Notes: generated by a model not told the origin, from the letters alone. A stretch of DNA of 64,000 nucleotides from Candidatus Geocrenenecus arthurdayi (GCA_023539395.1 JAKCEX010000004.1:158-64157), one strand, 5' to 3'; shown: positions 1 through 9,103, numbered from the stretch's first letter. A program made the numbers and translations.

Positions 1-246
1 TCTGAAGCATATCAAGTGTATTTAAGAAAACGCGGTCATTCTCAAGCTTATGAAATAATTCATAGAGTGATTAGAGAGAATCCAGAGGAAATAGTTGAAG
101 AACTAGGGAAGCTCCTTCCCGTAGAGGAATTTGAGTACCTTGCTAGACTCAGCCCATTTGAATACCTTGGAGAAGTGGAAAAAATAGTTAGGAACTTGAT
201 CCGAGAAATCGAGGGGATAAAGAATAAGATATCAAAGCTAGTTTAG
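1..246 (+). CDS. 3' end of a gene running in from upstream of the window; the C-terminal helical domain resembles adenylosuccinate lyase
   Basis: Frame 1 is open from base 1 (SEAYQVYLRKRGHSQAYEIIH...). The SEA..L.K.G..RQ.AYE...P.EYLG pattern resembles the ADSL C-terminal domain. The gene is partial. Confidence 0.45.
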   Translation, partial: SEAYQVYLRKRGHSQAYEIIHRVIRENPEEIVEELGKLLPVEEFEYLARLSPFEYLGEVEKIVRNLIREIEGIKNKISKLV

Positions 247-328
247 ACTGTCGAGTATACACGATTGTGTCAATTTTGGAAGCTTATGTCTAGACAACTT
301 TATATAAAGTAATAAAGTTTTCTTTAAC

Positions 329-892
329 ATGACTCAAGAATATTCTCAGTATAAGAGACCAGACCCTGTGACAGCTGTTGCCTATATGGCTGTGACATCG
401 GCTGTTACGGGAGTTGGTTTCCTGTTAACAGCACCAATACCGTTGATTCCAGGAGCAATCCATTGGCGGGTTTTAGCATTTCTCCCATGTGTATTCGGGA
501 TACTGTACGGCCCGATCTTAGGATTCGTATCAGGTGCCGTAGGTAACACTATCTGGGCGCTAATAGGTGGATACTTTAACCCGGCTACTCCAGTTTTCGA
601 CTTAATAGGCGTAGGTCTCACAGGGTTGATCCCTGGACTATTATGTAAACCTAAGGACTCAATGTCTAGAAAAGGATTATTCAAGATCGCGTTGTTCAGC
701 CTGTTATCAGGCGTGATAATGGTTCCAATAGTTGCAGTAGGGTTTGACCTAGTAGGCGTGGCCCCTTTTGGACCTGCCATAGTTTTCCTCGTACTAAGTG
801 ACTTACCGCCAATACTAATAGGTACCCCGCTAGTCGTGGCCGCTGTTACTCCACTACTTCTAAGGAGGAACTTAATTAGATGGAGGCTGTAG
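329..892 (+). CDS. ECF transporter substrate-capture (S) component-like integral membrane protein
   Basis: 187 aa, about 6 hydrophobic Gly/Pro-rich helices. It overlaps the downstream ECF ATPase gene by 13 nt and sits in the operon position of an S component. Confidence 0.6.
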   Translation: MTQEYSQYKRPDPVTAVAYMAVTSAVTGVGFLLTAPIPLIPGAIHWRVLAFLPCVFGILYGPILGFVSGAVGNTIWALIGGYFNPATPVFDLIGVGLTGLIPGLLCKPKDSMSRKGLFKIALFSLLSGVIMVPIVAVGFDLVGVAPFGPAIVFLVLSDLPPILIGTPLVVAAVTPLLLRRNLIRWRL

Positions 893-2334
893 GCTGTCTA
901 GAAGTTAGAAACTTGAATTGTAGATTTGATTCTAAATGGATACTGAGAAATGTTTCTTTTGAGATTAAGCCAGGTGAAGCTTTAGCTATAATCGGTCCTA
1001 GTGCATCGGGAAAAACTACCCTAGCATACTGTCTATCGGGAATCATACCGAACAGAATACCTGGAGAAGTATCTGGAAGTATAAGAGTTGATGGAGAAGA
1101 ATTTTTAGGGAAACCAATTAGAGAAAGAACAAAAACAATAAGCATAGTTCTACAGAATTATGAATTACAGATCTTTGGATTAACAGTTGAAGAAGATTTG
1201 GAACTAAGCATTAAAGATAATGATGAAAGTACACTTGAATGGATTCTAAGATTCTTTGAACTTGAGAAGTATAGAGACTACTATGTTCACGAACTTTCAG
1301 GAGGCTTAAAACATAGACTAGTCATTGCTTCAGCAATACTCTCAGACCCGAAGTACATCGTAATGGATGATCCAGTAGCAAATCTCGACTGGAAGAGTAA
1401 AAAGATTACAGCAAGAACTATTGAGTTGCTAAAAGAAAGAGGGAAAGGGGTAGTGATACTTGGGAGAAGATTAAAAGGATTAGAGAAAGTTATAGACCGG
1501 TGGATCTACCTAGCCCAAGATTGTCTAGAGAATGTTAATCAAAAACTCAATCATCCTACTGTTGAAAATAGGAAGACCGTGCTAAACACTACAGAGGACT
1601 TTATAATCGAGTTCAGAAATGTATACTATAAGTACAGCAGGGAATACGTTTTAAAGAACATATCATTGAGGATTAGGAAAGGTGAAGTATACGCAGTTAT
1701 GGGTCCAAACGGTTCGGGCAAGACAACTTTAATGAAGCATGTAAATGGATTACTGAAACCTTTTAGAGGTAGCGTAATAGTGAAAGACATGGATACTAAG
1801 AAGTATAGCCCAGCTGAAATGTCAAGATATGTGGGTATGGTTTTCCAAGACCCTGAGAAGTATTTTGTCTCAGAAACCGTCTGGGATGAAGTAGCATTTG
1901 GTGTAAGAAACCTTATAGGAAGTGAAGAAAATGTTGAAGAAGCATTGCGTATGGTTAACTTGTTGGATAAGAAGAAATCTAGCCCGTACTCTTTAAGCAT
2001 GGGTGAGAAGCTTAGATTATACATAGCATGCGTACTCGCAATGAGTCCAGAAATAGTAATTCTAGATGAGCCCACGACGGGTCAGGATGAAGAAACATTA
2101 AAACAAATAAAAGATGCTATTGAGAAACTGAAGGACATGGGGAGAACAGTCATAGTCGTGACACATGACTCAGACTTCGTATTTTCTGTTGCGGATCGAT
2201 TGGCAATATTAAAAGACGGAACTATATATGCAGAGGGAAACCCATTACAGCTCTTAAGTAATCCTTCATTAATTGAGGGGGCTGAGATAGAGCCTCTATC
2301 CATACTGAGTGGGGAGAAATGTTTATCAAGATAA
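880..2334 (+). CDS. ECF/cobalt-type ABC transporter ATPase, a fused EcfA-EcfA' tandem with two nucleotide-binding domains
   Basis: Two ABC domains. NBD1 has GPSASGKTT, LSGGLKHRL and IVMDDP. NBD2 has GPNGSGKTT, LSMGEKLRL, ILDEPTTGQD and VTHD. Confidence 0.88.
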   Translation: MEAVGCLEVRNLNCRFDSKWILRNVSFEIKPGEALAIIGPSASGKTTLAYCLSGIIPNRIPGEVSGSIRVDGEEFLGKPIRERTKTISIVLQNYELQIFGLTVEEDLELSIKDNDESTLEWILRFFELEKYRDYYVHELSGGLKHRLVIASAILSDPKYIVMDDPVANLDWKSKKITARTIELLKERGKGVVILGRRLKGLEKVIDRWIYLAQDCLENVNQKLNHPTVENRKTVLNTTEDFIIEFRNVYYKYSREYVLKNISLRIRKGEVYAVMGPNGSGKTTLMKHVNGLLKPFRGSVIVKDMDTKKYSPAEMSRYVGMVFQDPEKYFVSETVWDEVAFGVRNLIGSEENVEEALRMVNLLDKKKSSPYSLSMGEKLRLYIACVLAMSPEIVILDEPTTGQDEETLKQIKDAIEKLKDMGRTVIVVTHDSDFVFSVADRLAILKDGTIYAEGNPLQLLSNPSLIEGAEIEPLSILSGEKCLSR

Positions 2335-3041
2335 ATCTCGAACTAGATCCAAGGACTAAGATAACTCTATTCATTACATGGTTTTCTCTACCATTCTTTT
2401 GCAAGGATATTTATAGTCTATTGACGGTACTTATATCTACAGTCTTAGTCCTAATCTTACTGCGATCAGCGACTTTAGTCTTTAGGAAAATGAAAATAAT
2501 AGTTCCACTGATATTGCTGGCGTGGCCTCTATGGACGTTTCTCAGCCAGTGGTCGCTATTTCATACATCAACTAGGGGAGTAGACCCTATCTTCGGTTTA
2601 TTTATGATGCTTAGACTATTATCTATCATAACTATTTCTACAGCTTTTATACTGTTAGTCAGGCCTACGGAGATAATTAGATCCGTGATTTCCCTCAAAC
2701 TACCATCTTCACTTGGAGTAATCGTCGCTTTAGCTTTTAGAAACCTATACATTATCGCAGAGGATTACAAGTCAATTAAAGAAGCCCATATATCTAGAGG
2801 CTTAGAGCTCGATAAAGGCTCTCTAATAAGGAGAATTAAAAACTATATTCCATTATTAATCCCTCTGATTATAAAGAGTATTGATAATGCTGAGAAACTC
2901 GTATTAGCGTTAGAATTACGTCCAAATATAATGACAAGAAGGAAGATCAAGCCTCTAAGATTTTATGACATATTGATAATGGTTGGGTGCATTCTAGTAG
3001 TTATTTCTGTGATCTATTATAGTTTCTACATGGTGAGGTAA
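2319..3041 (+). CDS. ECF transporter transmembrane (T) component, EcfT/CbiQ family
   Basis: 240-aa polytopic membrane protein directly after the fused ATPase, overlapping it by 16 nt. It carries the Ala-Arg-Gly-like coupling-helix region (EAHISRGLEL). Confidence 0.8.
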   Translation: MFIKINLELDPRTKITLFITWFSLPFFCKDIYSLLTVLISTVLVLILLRSATLVFRKMKIIVPLILLAWPLWTFLSQWSLFHTSTRGVDPIFGLFMMLRLLSIITISTAFILLVRPTEIIRSVISLKLPSSLGVIVALAFRNLYIIAEDYKSIKEAHISRGLELDKGSLIRRIKNYIPLLIPLIIKSIDNAEKLVLALELRPNIMTRRKIKPLRFYDILIMVGCILVVISVIYYSFYMVR

Positions 3042-3042
3042 A

Positions 3043-3624
3043 TTGCATCCTAGAGTCTTGGAGTATGTAGGTCAAGAGAAATACATCATAAAAATAGGTG
3101 GATTAGTGAGAGAGCTGCCTGTAATACAGGTTTCAAACGATATTTGGATTGCTTCAAACGCAGATTTAATCCTAGGAGATATTGAATTCATCCAAACCGT
3201 TGCAGATTTACTATCTGATAGGATTAAGGTGTTCAACCCTGAAATAATAGTTACCCCTGAAGCCAAAGCAATAGCCTTTGCATATGAAGTAGCTAAGAAG
3301 ATTGGCCATAAGAAAATCGTTATCGCTAGAAAATCCGTTAAAGCTTACATGAGAGATTACCTATTAGAAGAGTGCTCATCAATAACTACTAAGGGTAGTC
3401 AGGTCTTAATATTTGTGAAAGAAGATGTAGAGAGAGTAAGGAATAAGAGAGTCTGCATAATAGATGACGTGGTATCTACAGGTGGGACTATCACTGCATT
3501 AGAGAGGCTAGTTAAAAAATCAGGAGGAGAAGTAGTCTGCAAAGCTGCAATCTGGATTGAAGGACCATGGTATACAGGTGAGTTATTATATTTAGATGAA
3601 CTTCCGGTATTCATGAAGAAGTAG
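3043..3624 (+). CDS. Type I phosphoribosyltransferase (adenine/purine PRT-like)
   Basis: PRPP-binding loop VCIIDDVVSTGGTITA. The TTG start lies 1 nt after the EcfT stop codon. Confidence 0.75.
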   Translation: MHPRVLEYVGQEKYIIKIGGLVRELPVIQVSNDIWIASNADLILGDIEFIQTVADLLSDRIKVFNPEIIVTPEAKAIAFAYEVAKKIGHKKIVIARKSVKAYMRDYLLEECSSITTKGSQVLIFVKEDVERVRNKRVCIIDDVVSTGGTITALERLVKKSGGEVVCKAAIWIEGPWYTGELLYLDELPVFMKK

Positions 3625-3790
3625 AGCAATAACCTGTACAGGTATTTAAAGAGTAGCTCTACCACATAGCCGTGGAAGCTTGAAAACAAATAGGCTTGAG
3701 TAACCCCCAACTACACCAACATAGGATTAAGCGTTAGAAAGGCTTACGAACTCTTTAATAGCAACTTTAACTATAATTCCATTTGAGTTC

Positions 3791-4501
3791 ATGAAGAAAG
3801 CTGAGGAATTGAATTATAGATTATACTCGGTTGAAGCTCTTAGGATTCTTAAGAGGATCATGTCTTACGATAAGCTTTCATCTATGCTAAACATTCCCCC
3901 AACAGCTTTGAGTAGATATGTTAATGGGCATGTTATTCCAAGCCTTGAGACAGCACGTTCAATCCTTAATATATTCAAGAGAGAATACTTGATAAAGGAG
4001 GTGAATAATAGGATAGTAGTTGATGAATTTGGTGCAGTAGATAGTAGCATGATAATATATGACCCAGTACTTCTCAAGCATCTTATAATATCAGAGTATG
4101 AAAAGATAAATTCAGTAAAAATAGATAAGGTTCTAACTCTCGAAACAGATGGAGTGCCAGTTGCATATCAGATAGCTTCAATGCTTGGTAAAGAAGTTGC
4201 AGTAGCTAGGAAAGCTAAGAAGCTTGGTATTAGAGACTTCTTAGAGATAAAGCAGGTTTTTGAATCTGGAACATACCGATACATATACATATCTAGGAAT
4301 GCTATAAAGAAGGGAGAATACGTATTCTTAACAGATGATATAATTAGGACTGGAGCTACGATAAGAGCACTAGTAAATCTCTGTAAAGAAGCTAAAGCAA
4401 ATGTTTCAGGAATATTCGCTGTAATATCTTTAAAGAAGATGCATACCAAGCTAGAGGATGAACTAGGTATTCCAGTGAATTCATTCATAGAACTACAATA
4501 A
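3791..4501 (+). CDS. HTH domain fused to a phosphoribosyltransferase domain (PurR/GfcR-like regulator architecture)
   Basis: N-terminal HTH (LSSMLNIPPTALSRYVNGHVIP) and a C-terminal PRPP loop (VFLTDDIIRTGATIRA). Confidence 0.7.
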   Translation: MKKAEELNYRLYSVEALRILKRIMSYDKLSSMLNIPPTALSRYVNGHVIPSLETARSILNIFKREYLIKEVNNRIVVDEFGAVDSSMIIYDPVLLKHLIISEYEKINSVKIDKVLTLETDGVPVAYQIASMLGKEVAVARKAKKLGIRDFLEIKQVFESGTYRYIYISRNAIKKGEYVFLTDDIIRTGATIRALVNLCKEAKANVSGIFAVISLKKMHTKLEDELGIPVNSFIELQ

Positions 4502-4527
4502 ACCATAATCTCTGAAAACCATAAACT

Positions 4528-5376
4528 TTACACTTTCTTCAATGCTTCTGCTACTTTAACTGCATCTAGAGTTTCCTTTACATTATGTGTTCTTACTACA
4601 TGAGCACCTAGATAAACCGATAGAGCTTCAATTGCAATTGATCCAAATAACCTATCTTCAGGTTTTTCCCTATTAGTTAAAACACCTATGAAAGATTTTC
4701 TAGATACTCCAACCATTATCGGTCTACCCAGTCTCCTAAACTCTCTAAGGTTACGTATTAGCTCAATATCTATCTTCCACCACTCTATCCCAGTATCTCT
4801 ATGAAAACCGATGGCCGGGTCGATAACTATCTTCTCTAATTTAACACCGTGGTCAACAGCATATTGTATCAGGTTCTCTAGGATAGGTAAAGCTTTATGG
4901 ATGGCCTCCCTTGGATTTCTCAATATACCCAATCTACGTGCACAGATTATCAATGATAGATCATGTTCTGATACCATATCTACAATGATGGGATTTGATA
5001 ATCCTGAGACGTCATTCACTATCTCTGCACCAGCTTTAATTGCTTCTATTAATGGTTTAGGTCTATGAGTATCAGCTGATACTGGAAGCCTCGTTGATGA
5101 TTTAACAGCTTCAATTGCATAACGTAGCCTCTCCGCTTCCTCCTCCTCGCTTATCAAGGTATCACGTAGGTAAGGTGCAGTAGACATAGCACCCACATCT
5201 ATTATATCTGCACCAACTTTCTCCATATACAATGCTGTTTCAGCAATTTCTTCATATTTTATCTTTACAGATTCCTTATAGAATGATTCTGGACTAACAT
5301 TAATCACTCCCATAATCCTAGTAGGTAAACCATCGCCAACTTCAACTCTACCAAGCCAAGAGAATAATTTCTCCAT
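4528..5376 (-). CDS. folP: Dihydropteroate synthase-like pterin-binding enzyme
   Basis: IMGVINVSPESFY, DIIDVGAMSTAP and VRTHNV motifs typical of DHPS. The ORF extends to 5406, but the Met at 5376 (MEKLFSW...) is the likelier start. Confidence 0.8.
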   Translation of the reverse strand: MEKLFSWLGRVEVGDGLPTRIMGVINVSPESFYKESVKIKYEEIAETALYMEKVGADIIDVGAMSTAPYLRDTLISEEEEAERLRYAIEAVKSSTRLPVSADTHRPKPLIEAIKAGAEIVNDVSGLSNPIIVDMVSEHDLSLIICARRLGILRNPREAIHKALPILENLIQYAVDHGVKLEKIVIDPAIGFHRDTGIEWWKIDIELIRNLREFRRLGRPIMVGVSRKSFIGVLTNREKPEDRLFGSIAIEALSVYLGAHVVRTHNVKETLDAVKVAEALKKV

Positions 5377-5802
5377 GTAATTCACCATACAACCTACTTG
5401 TATCATACTTTAAAACTCTAACTGAGAGTTAAAAGCTAAAAATAAACAAAAGAGGCTGGGAGACCATATGGGAATATCTCAGTAAACACATCCTTTAATA
5501 GGGGTACGCAATCGTCTACTAATTTCACAGCTTTCATCATTCATCAAGCTGGAAAATTATCAAAAGTTTTAATTGTCTATTCAGAAGATGGTTTTCTCTA
5601 AATCTTCACCATTCCTAGCTGCATTTTATAAATTGTTGTGAGAGAATATGATGGTCATGTCTTTCTTCATTTCGGTATTAATTCTCTGTCTCCTCAGGAA
5701 TACCTAGCGTAGGTTAGGTAAAACGATAACATGTTAGGAGTAGGTAGGATTGTTAAAGAAATGTTTATTAGATATTCTATTTGCTTGTGTAGTTGAACGG
5801 TC

Positions 5803-5925
5803 ATGGAGTTGGAGGATAGAATCTTTAAGATGGAGGAAGAAGAGGAGGAGTGGGAAGAGTTCGAGGAAGAATTCGAGGAGGAGGAAGAAGAGGAAGGCTG
5901 GGAAGAAGAGGAAGAAGAATTCTAG
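5803..5925 (+). CDS. Possible 40-aa hyper-acidic peptide, MELEDRIFKMEEEEEEWEEFEEEFEEEEEEEGWEEEEEEF
   Basis: Hand-translated ATG..TAG ORF, below the length cutoff of the ORF track. An AT-rich TATA-like TTTATTAG lies about 35 nt upstream. The ORF sits in a GAR purine repeat. Confidence 0.3.
   Translation: MELEDRIFKMEEEEEEWEEFEEEFEEEEEEEGWEEEEEEF
5830..5922. repeat. Purine-rich (GAA/GAG)n low-complexity tract
   Basis: About 90 nt composed almost entirely of GAR triplets, interrupted by TGG/TTC/GGC. Confidence 0.9.
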
Positions 5926-6356
5926 TCTGAGGGAAGCAGAACAACTATCCGCTTAGATAGATCAGTAACCTTCTCAAGATTTGTTTGACGTACTAACCTC
6001 CTAATCTTCCTCTTAATTTTCTTTAAACTTTTTTGTAAAACTATCATGTCAGCGTCAATCTTCTCGGCTTCACTTATAATCGCTTCAACTATATCTCTGG
6101 AAGCAGTTACTCTTAGGTCAGCATTAATCCCCTGGGCTTTAGCCCAGTCAAGCAGGTTTTGAAGCTTATTTCTTGTCTCTTCAATATGTGTTGATATCGT
6201 CTCAGGATAGAGTGGAGTAGATAATGGGAACTCTATTATATGGAGGAAAACTATCTCTATATCTCTAGTAAGTGTTTCTAGTAAATCTGTAAGAGCTTTA
6301 AAGTTTACGTAGTCTTTAACTGCAAAAAGTATCTTGTATCGAGTCTTCCTACTCAT
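5922..6356 (-). CDS. Universal stress protein (UspA) family
   Basis: 144 aa, KILFAV...DMIVL pattern of the Usp alpha/beta fold. Overlaps the upstream RAM-domain gene by 4 nt. Confidence 0.6.
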   Translation of the reverse strand: MSRKTRYKILFAVKDYVNFKALTDLLETLTRDIEIVFLHIIEFPLSTPLYPETISTHIEETRNKLQNLLDWAKAQGINADLRVTASRDIVEAIISEAEKIDADMIVLQKSLKKIKRKIRRLVRQTNLEKVTDLSKRIVVLLPSD

Positions 6357-6625
6357 TCTTCTACTATTCTCCCTTCTCTTTTATGGGTGTAGAGAACCAT
6401 AGACGTCACTGTACTCTTAACTCCATCAATCTTCATAACCTTATCCTTCAATAATTTCCTAAAGGTGACAACATCATCTGCTCTTACAATTGCGATTATA
6501 TCAAATTCTCCCGTAACTTCATAAACGTCTAGTGCTTCTTCAAGCTTAGTAATCTCACTTGCCACGTCTTCTAGTTTTGAAGAATCTACGAATACGTGTA
6601 TTATAGCTAGTACGCCTCTTCGCAT
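6353..6625 (-). CDS. Stand-alone Lrp/AsnC-type ligand-binding (RAM) domain protein
   Basis: VFVD...V...I..L..V..VYEVTGEFDIIAIV......F..L....V..I.GV..T.T pattern. No HTH is present. Confidence 0.75.
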   Translation of the reverse strand: MRRGVLAIIHVFVDSSKLEDVASEITKLEEALDVYEVTGEFDIIAIVRADDVVTFRKLLKDKVMKIDGVKSTVTSMVLYTHKREGRIVEE

Positions 6626-6627
6626 CT

Positions 6628-8520
6628 CTAAATCCTCCTTAATACCATGATTTTACCATGATACTTAGATATAACTCTATATAGCTTGTCTTCATGGGTT
6701 TTTTCAATCTTTATTTTCTCGGTTATTCTTCTAATCAAGGCAATAAATTCTAGTCTCCCAGAATCTATTAGGATTGATATTATCTTTTCCAGGTCGCCTA
6801 TAAACACCATAGCTTCAGCTTTATACCCTATTTTTCTAAGTTTTTCAGCAACTTCTTCAAGTTCACTTAAAGCTTCACTTCTTAATTGATATAGCTGAGC
6901 TCTATCTGTTATATCTGATAGATTGAGATTGAATTCCTCAGGATCCACTACACTGATAAGGGTTATCCTAAACCTCTTGTCTAAGCTTCTACTCACAGTA
7001 TCTATTATTGCTTCAGCTCTTTCTATAACGGGTCTAACTAATATGCCGACATCATATATGTGAGATATCGGTAGGATTTGTTGAGCTGAGGTAGAAGATG
7101 CAGCTTTAAGCCCAATCCTTCTTCTGTAGACCATATACATTACTATCCCTGTAGTAAGCCATAGTGATCCAAGAACCCTACCCTTAGCATGAAAGAGTAA
7201 TGTAAGAATTAGTAGAGATGCCACTCCGATAAATCCTATAACCCCTACTATAGGGATCTTAAAAGTTCCTCCTCCTATTTTGAGAGATACCTCACCAGGT
7301 ACCATCCATGGTCTATAAACTTCCTCTCTCAGGTTTCTCAATTTTATGAAAGCCAGCATAAGTATAAGATAGCTGACTAGAGCTCCGAAGATATAGAGTT
7401 CTGCCACAAATGGTATATTCCCAAAAGATGCTAGGAGTAAGCCGATTAAACCAAACAAGACTATAGTTCTGGTAGGCGTCTTGAATCTTGGATGAATCTT
7501 ATAGAACCATCTTGGCAATAGCTTGTATCGGCCCATTGATGCTACTAACCTTGAGACTCCGACAACCCCGGTATTTGAAGAAGCATAGCATAAGATGAAA
7601 CCTGCTAAAGCTACAAGCTTTGCTCCAAAACCTCCAATAATAGGGTAAGTTCTAACCAGCCCAGCTATCGAGTATTCTAATTCTCCTGATATTTTCTCCC
7701 ATCCAACTGAGCCTATGGATAATATTGAAAACCCCATTACAGATATGAGGACGGCGATTATTGAGAGCTTAGCAGCCTTAGGTATATGCCTCGCTGGACG
7801 CCTAGTTTCTTCAGCAGCCTGAGCTATTGATTCTATCCCTACGAATGAAGCCATTGCAAGTGTTAATGAATATAGTAGATTCTGAATATTAATGGGTACA
7901 CTTGCCACGTATGCTACTTCACTCTGAATCTTCGGGGAGCCGAGTATCTGTAGTTGCTCTAATAGTTTAGAGAAGTCAAAAACTAATAAGAAGCCTGGGA
8001 TTAAGACGAATCCTTGAATTATCAAACCGAGGATTACTAACCCCATGGAGACTTCTACAGAATACTTTATACCTAAGTAATTGATGAGTATCAGAGTCCC
8101 TATGAAGATTACTGAGATTACTCCAAGAGGTGGAAGCCCCATTAAAGCTAGAAGACTAGCAAACTGTGGAAGAAGATAGGAAAAGTATCCCGCAGCAGCT
8201 AAAGCGAATAGTGAGATATCAATTGTATAGCCTAGTATTAATGCCCATCCAGCAGTAAATCCTACTAGGTCATTGAACCCCTTCATTGCGTAGACTTGAA
8301 CTCCTCCAGCATATGGGTAGGTTGGAGCTAACTCAGCATATACTAAACCTATAGAGATATATATGAATGCTGTAACTAAGAATACTATCGGAGTAGCTCC
8401 AGCAGCATACAATGCGATTAATCCTAATGCGATGAATATGTCTGCTCCAACATCCGCATATCCAAGAGAGAAAGATCCAAACCAACCAACTTCTCTCTTT
8501 AGCGAGACTTCTTCACTCAT
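6628..8520 (-). CDS. APC-superfamily amino-acid permease with a C-terminal Usp-like cytoplasmic domain
   Basis: About 12 TM helices followed by a roughly 150-aa soluble alpha/beta tail (ILVRPV...ITLISVVDP...EFIALIRR). Confidence 0.85.
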   Translation of the reverse strand: MSEEVSLKREVGWFGSFSLGYADVGADIFIALGLIALYAAGATPIVFLVTAFIYISIGLVYAELAPTYPYAGGVQVYAMKGFNDLVGFTAGWALILGYTIDISLFALAAAGYFSYLLPQFASLLALMGLPPLGVISVIFIGTLILINYLGIKYSVEVSMGLVILGLIIQGFVLIPGFLLVFDFSKLLEQLQILGSPKIQSEVAYVASVPINIQNLLYSLTLAMASFVGIESIAQAAEETRRPARHIPKAAKLSIIAVLISVMGFSILSIGSVGWEKISGELEYSIAGLVRTYPIIGGFGAKLVALAGFILCYASSNTGVVGVSRLVASMGRYKLLPRWFYKIHPRFKTPTRTIVLFGLIGLLLASFGNIPFVAELYIFGALVSYLILMLAFIKLRNLREEVYRPWMVPGEVSLKIGGGTFKIPIVGVIGFIGVASLLILTLLFHAKGRVLGSLWLTTGIVMYMVYRRRIGLKAASSTSAQQILPISHIYDVGILVRPVIERAEAIIDTVSRSLDKRFRITLISVVDPEEFNLNLSDITDRAQLYQLRSEALSELEEVAEKLRKIGYKAEAMVFIGDLEKIISILIDSGRLEFIALIRRITEKIKIEKTHEDKLYRVISKYHGKIMVLRRI

Positions 8521-8548
8521 GAACTTATCCCCTATCTTCTTGAGATTT

Positions 8549-9103
8549 CTATGAATTCTTGACAGCTTCTATTATTGATATTTCTTCAAAAAATAGCTTC
8601 CTAGATAGCTTAATATAGGGGTTGAAGCCTTCGCTTCTAAGATACAATAGGATTTCATCTAGATCTCCAGTGAGGGTTGATACAAGGAGAAGTAGAATAC
8701 CGCCACTTATAATCCTAGTTTTGGATTCGCTAATTACTCGTTCCACGAAGTCAAATCCACCTTCAATGGTTTTATCTTCCAAGCCTTCTCTCGGTAAATA
8801 TGGAGGATTACAGACGATTAAGTCGAATATATAGTCTTCCCTAAACATGGATAGCATGTCCCCCAATATAGTATGGGAGATGCCTGCATAAGGTGATGAT
8901 TTTAGCTTTCTCCAAGTTTCTCTAACAGCCTCGCTAGAAATATCTACTGCAACTACTTCACTGGACACCTTCGATAAAGCTACTGTTATAAGCCCGCTGC
9001 CTGAGCCAACCTCTAATGCTCTTCTAAAAATTTTCCCTCTAAAGCTTTCTATTGCATCTAGTAAAAGGAATGTATCTTCTGAAGGTTCGTAGATTCCGCT
9101 CAT
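8549..9103 (-). CDS. HemK/Mtq2-like N5-glutamine (release factor) methyltransferase
   Basis: SAM-binding motif LEVGSGSG and catalytic NPPY (VCNPPYLP). Overlaps the upstream AsnRS gene by 4 nt. Confidence 0.8.
   Translation of the reverse strand: MSGIYEPSEDTFLLLDAIESFRGKIFRRALEVGSGSGLITVALSKVSSEVVAVDISSEAVRETWRKLKSSPYAGISHTILGDMLSMFREDYIFDLIVCNPPYLPREGLEDKTIEGGFDFVERVISESKTRIISGGILLLLVSTLTGDLDEILLYLRSEGFNPYIKLSRKLFFEEISIIEAVKNS

Noticed and set aside
382-780. Long antisense 'shadow' ORFs opposite confidently called genes (also 1626-2075, 19110-19592, 28039-28467, 30481-31257, 35391-35795, 36518-36847, 55309-55701, 63600-63911 and others)
   Set aside because: Each lies entirely within a gene that has strong family motifs on the other strand. 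Their translations are low-complexity (Ser/Ile/Leu/Pro-rich) with no motifs, as expected from the complement of AT-rich, codon-biased genes.
5407-5750. Possible C/D-box sRNA or small ORFs in the folP upstream spacer (AUGAUGG ... CUCAGG)
   Set aside because: The box C and box D matches are imperfect and not arranged with terminal pairing. The small ORFs (19-33 aa) have no support.
5750-5956. 68-aa Arg/Lys-rich ORF from the supplied track (RKKRRSGKSSRKNSRRRKKRKAGKKRKK)
   Set aside because: It is the alternative frame of the GAR repeat. It needs a TTG start and runs 35 nt into the convergent Usp gene. The ATG-initiated acidic frame (5803-5925) is at least as plausible. I kept it only as the alternative in the finding.
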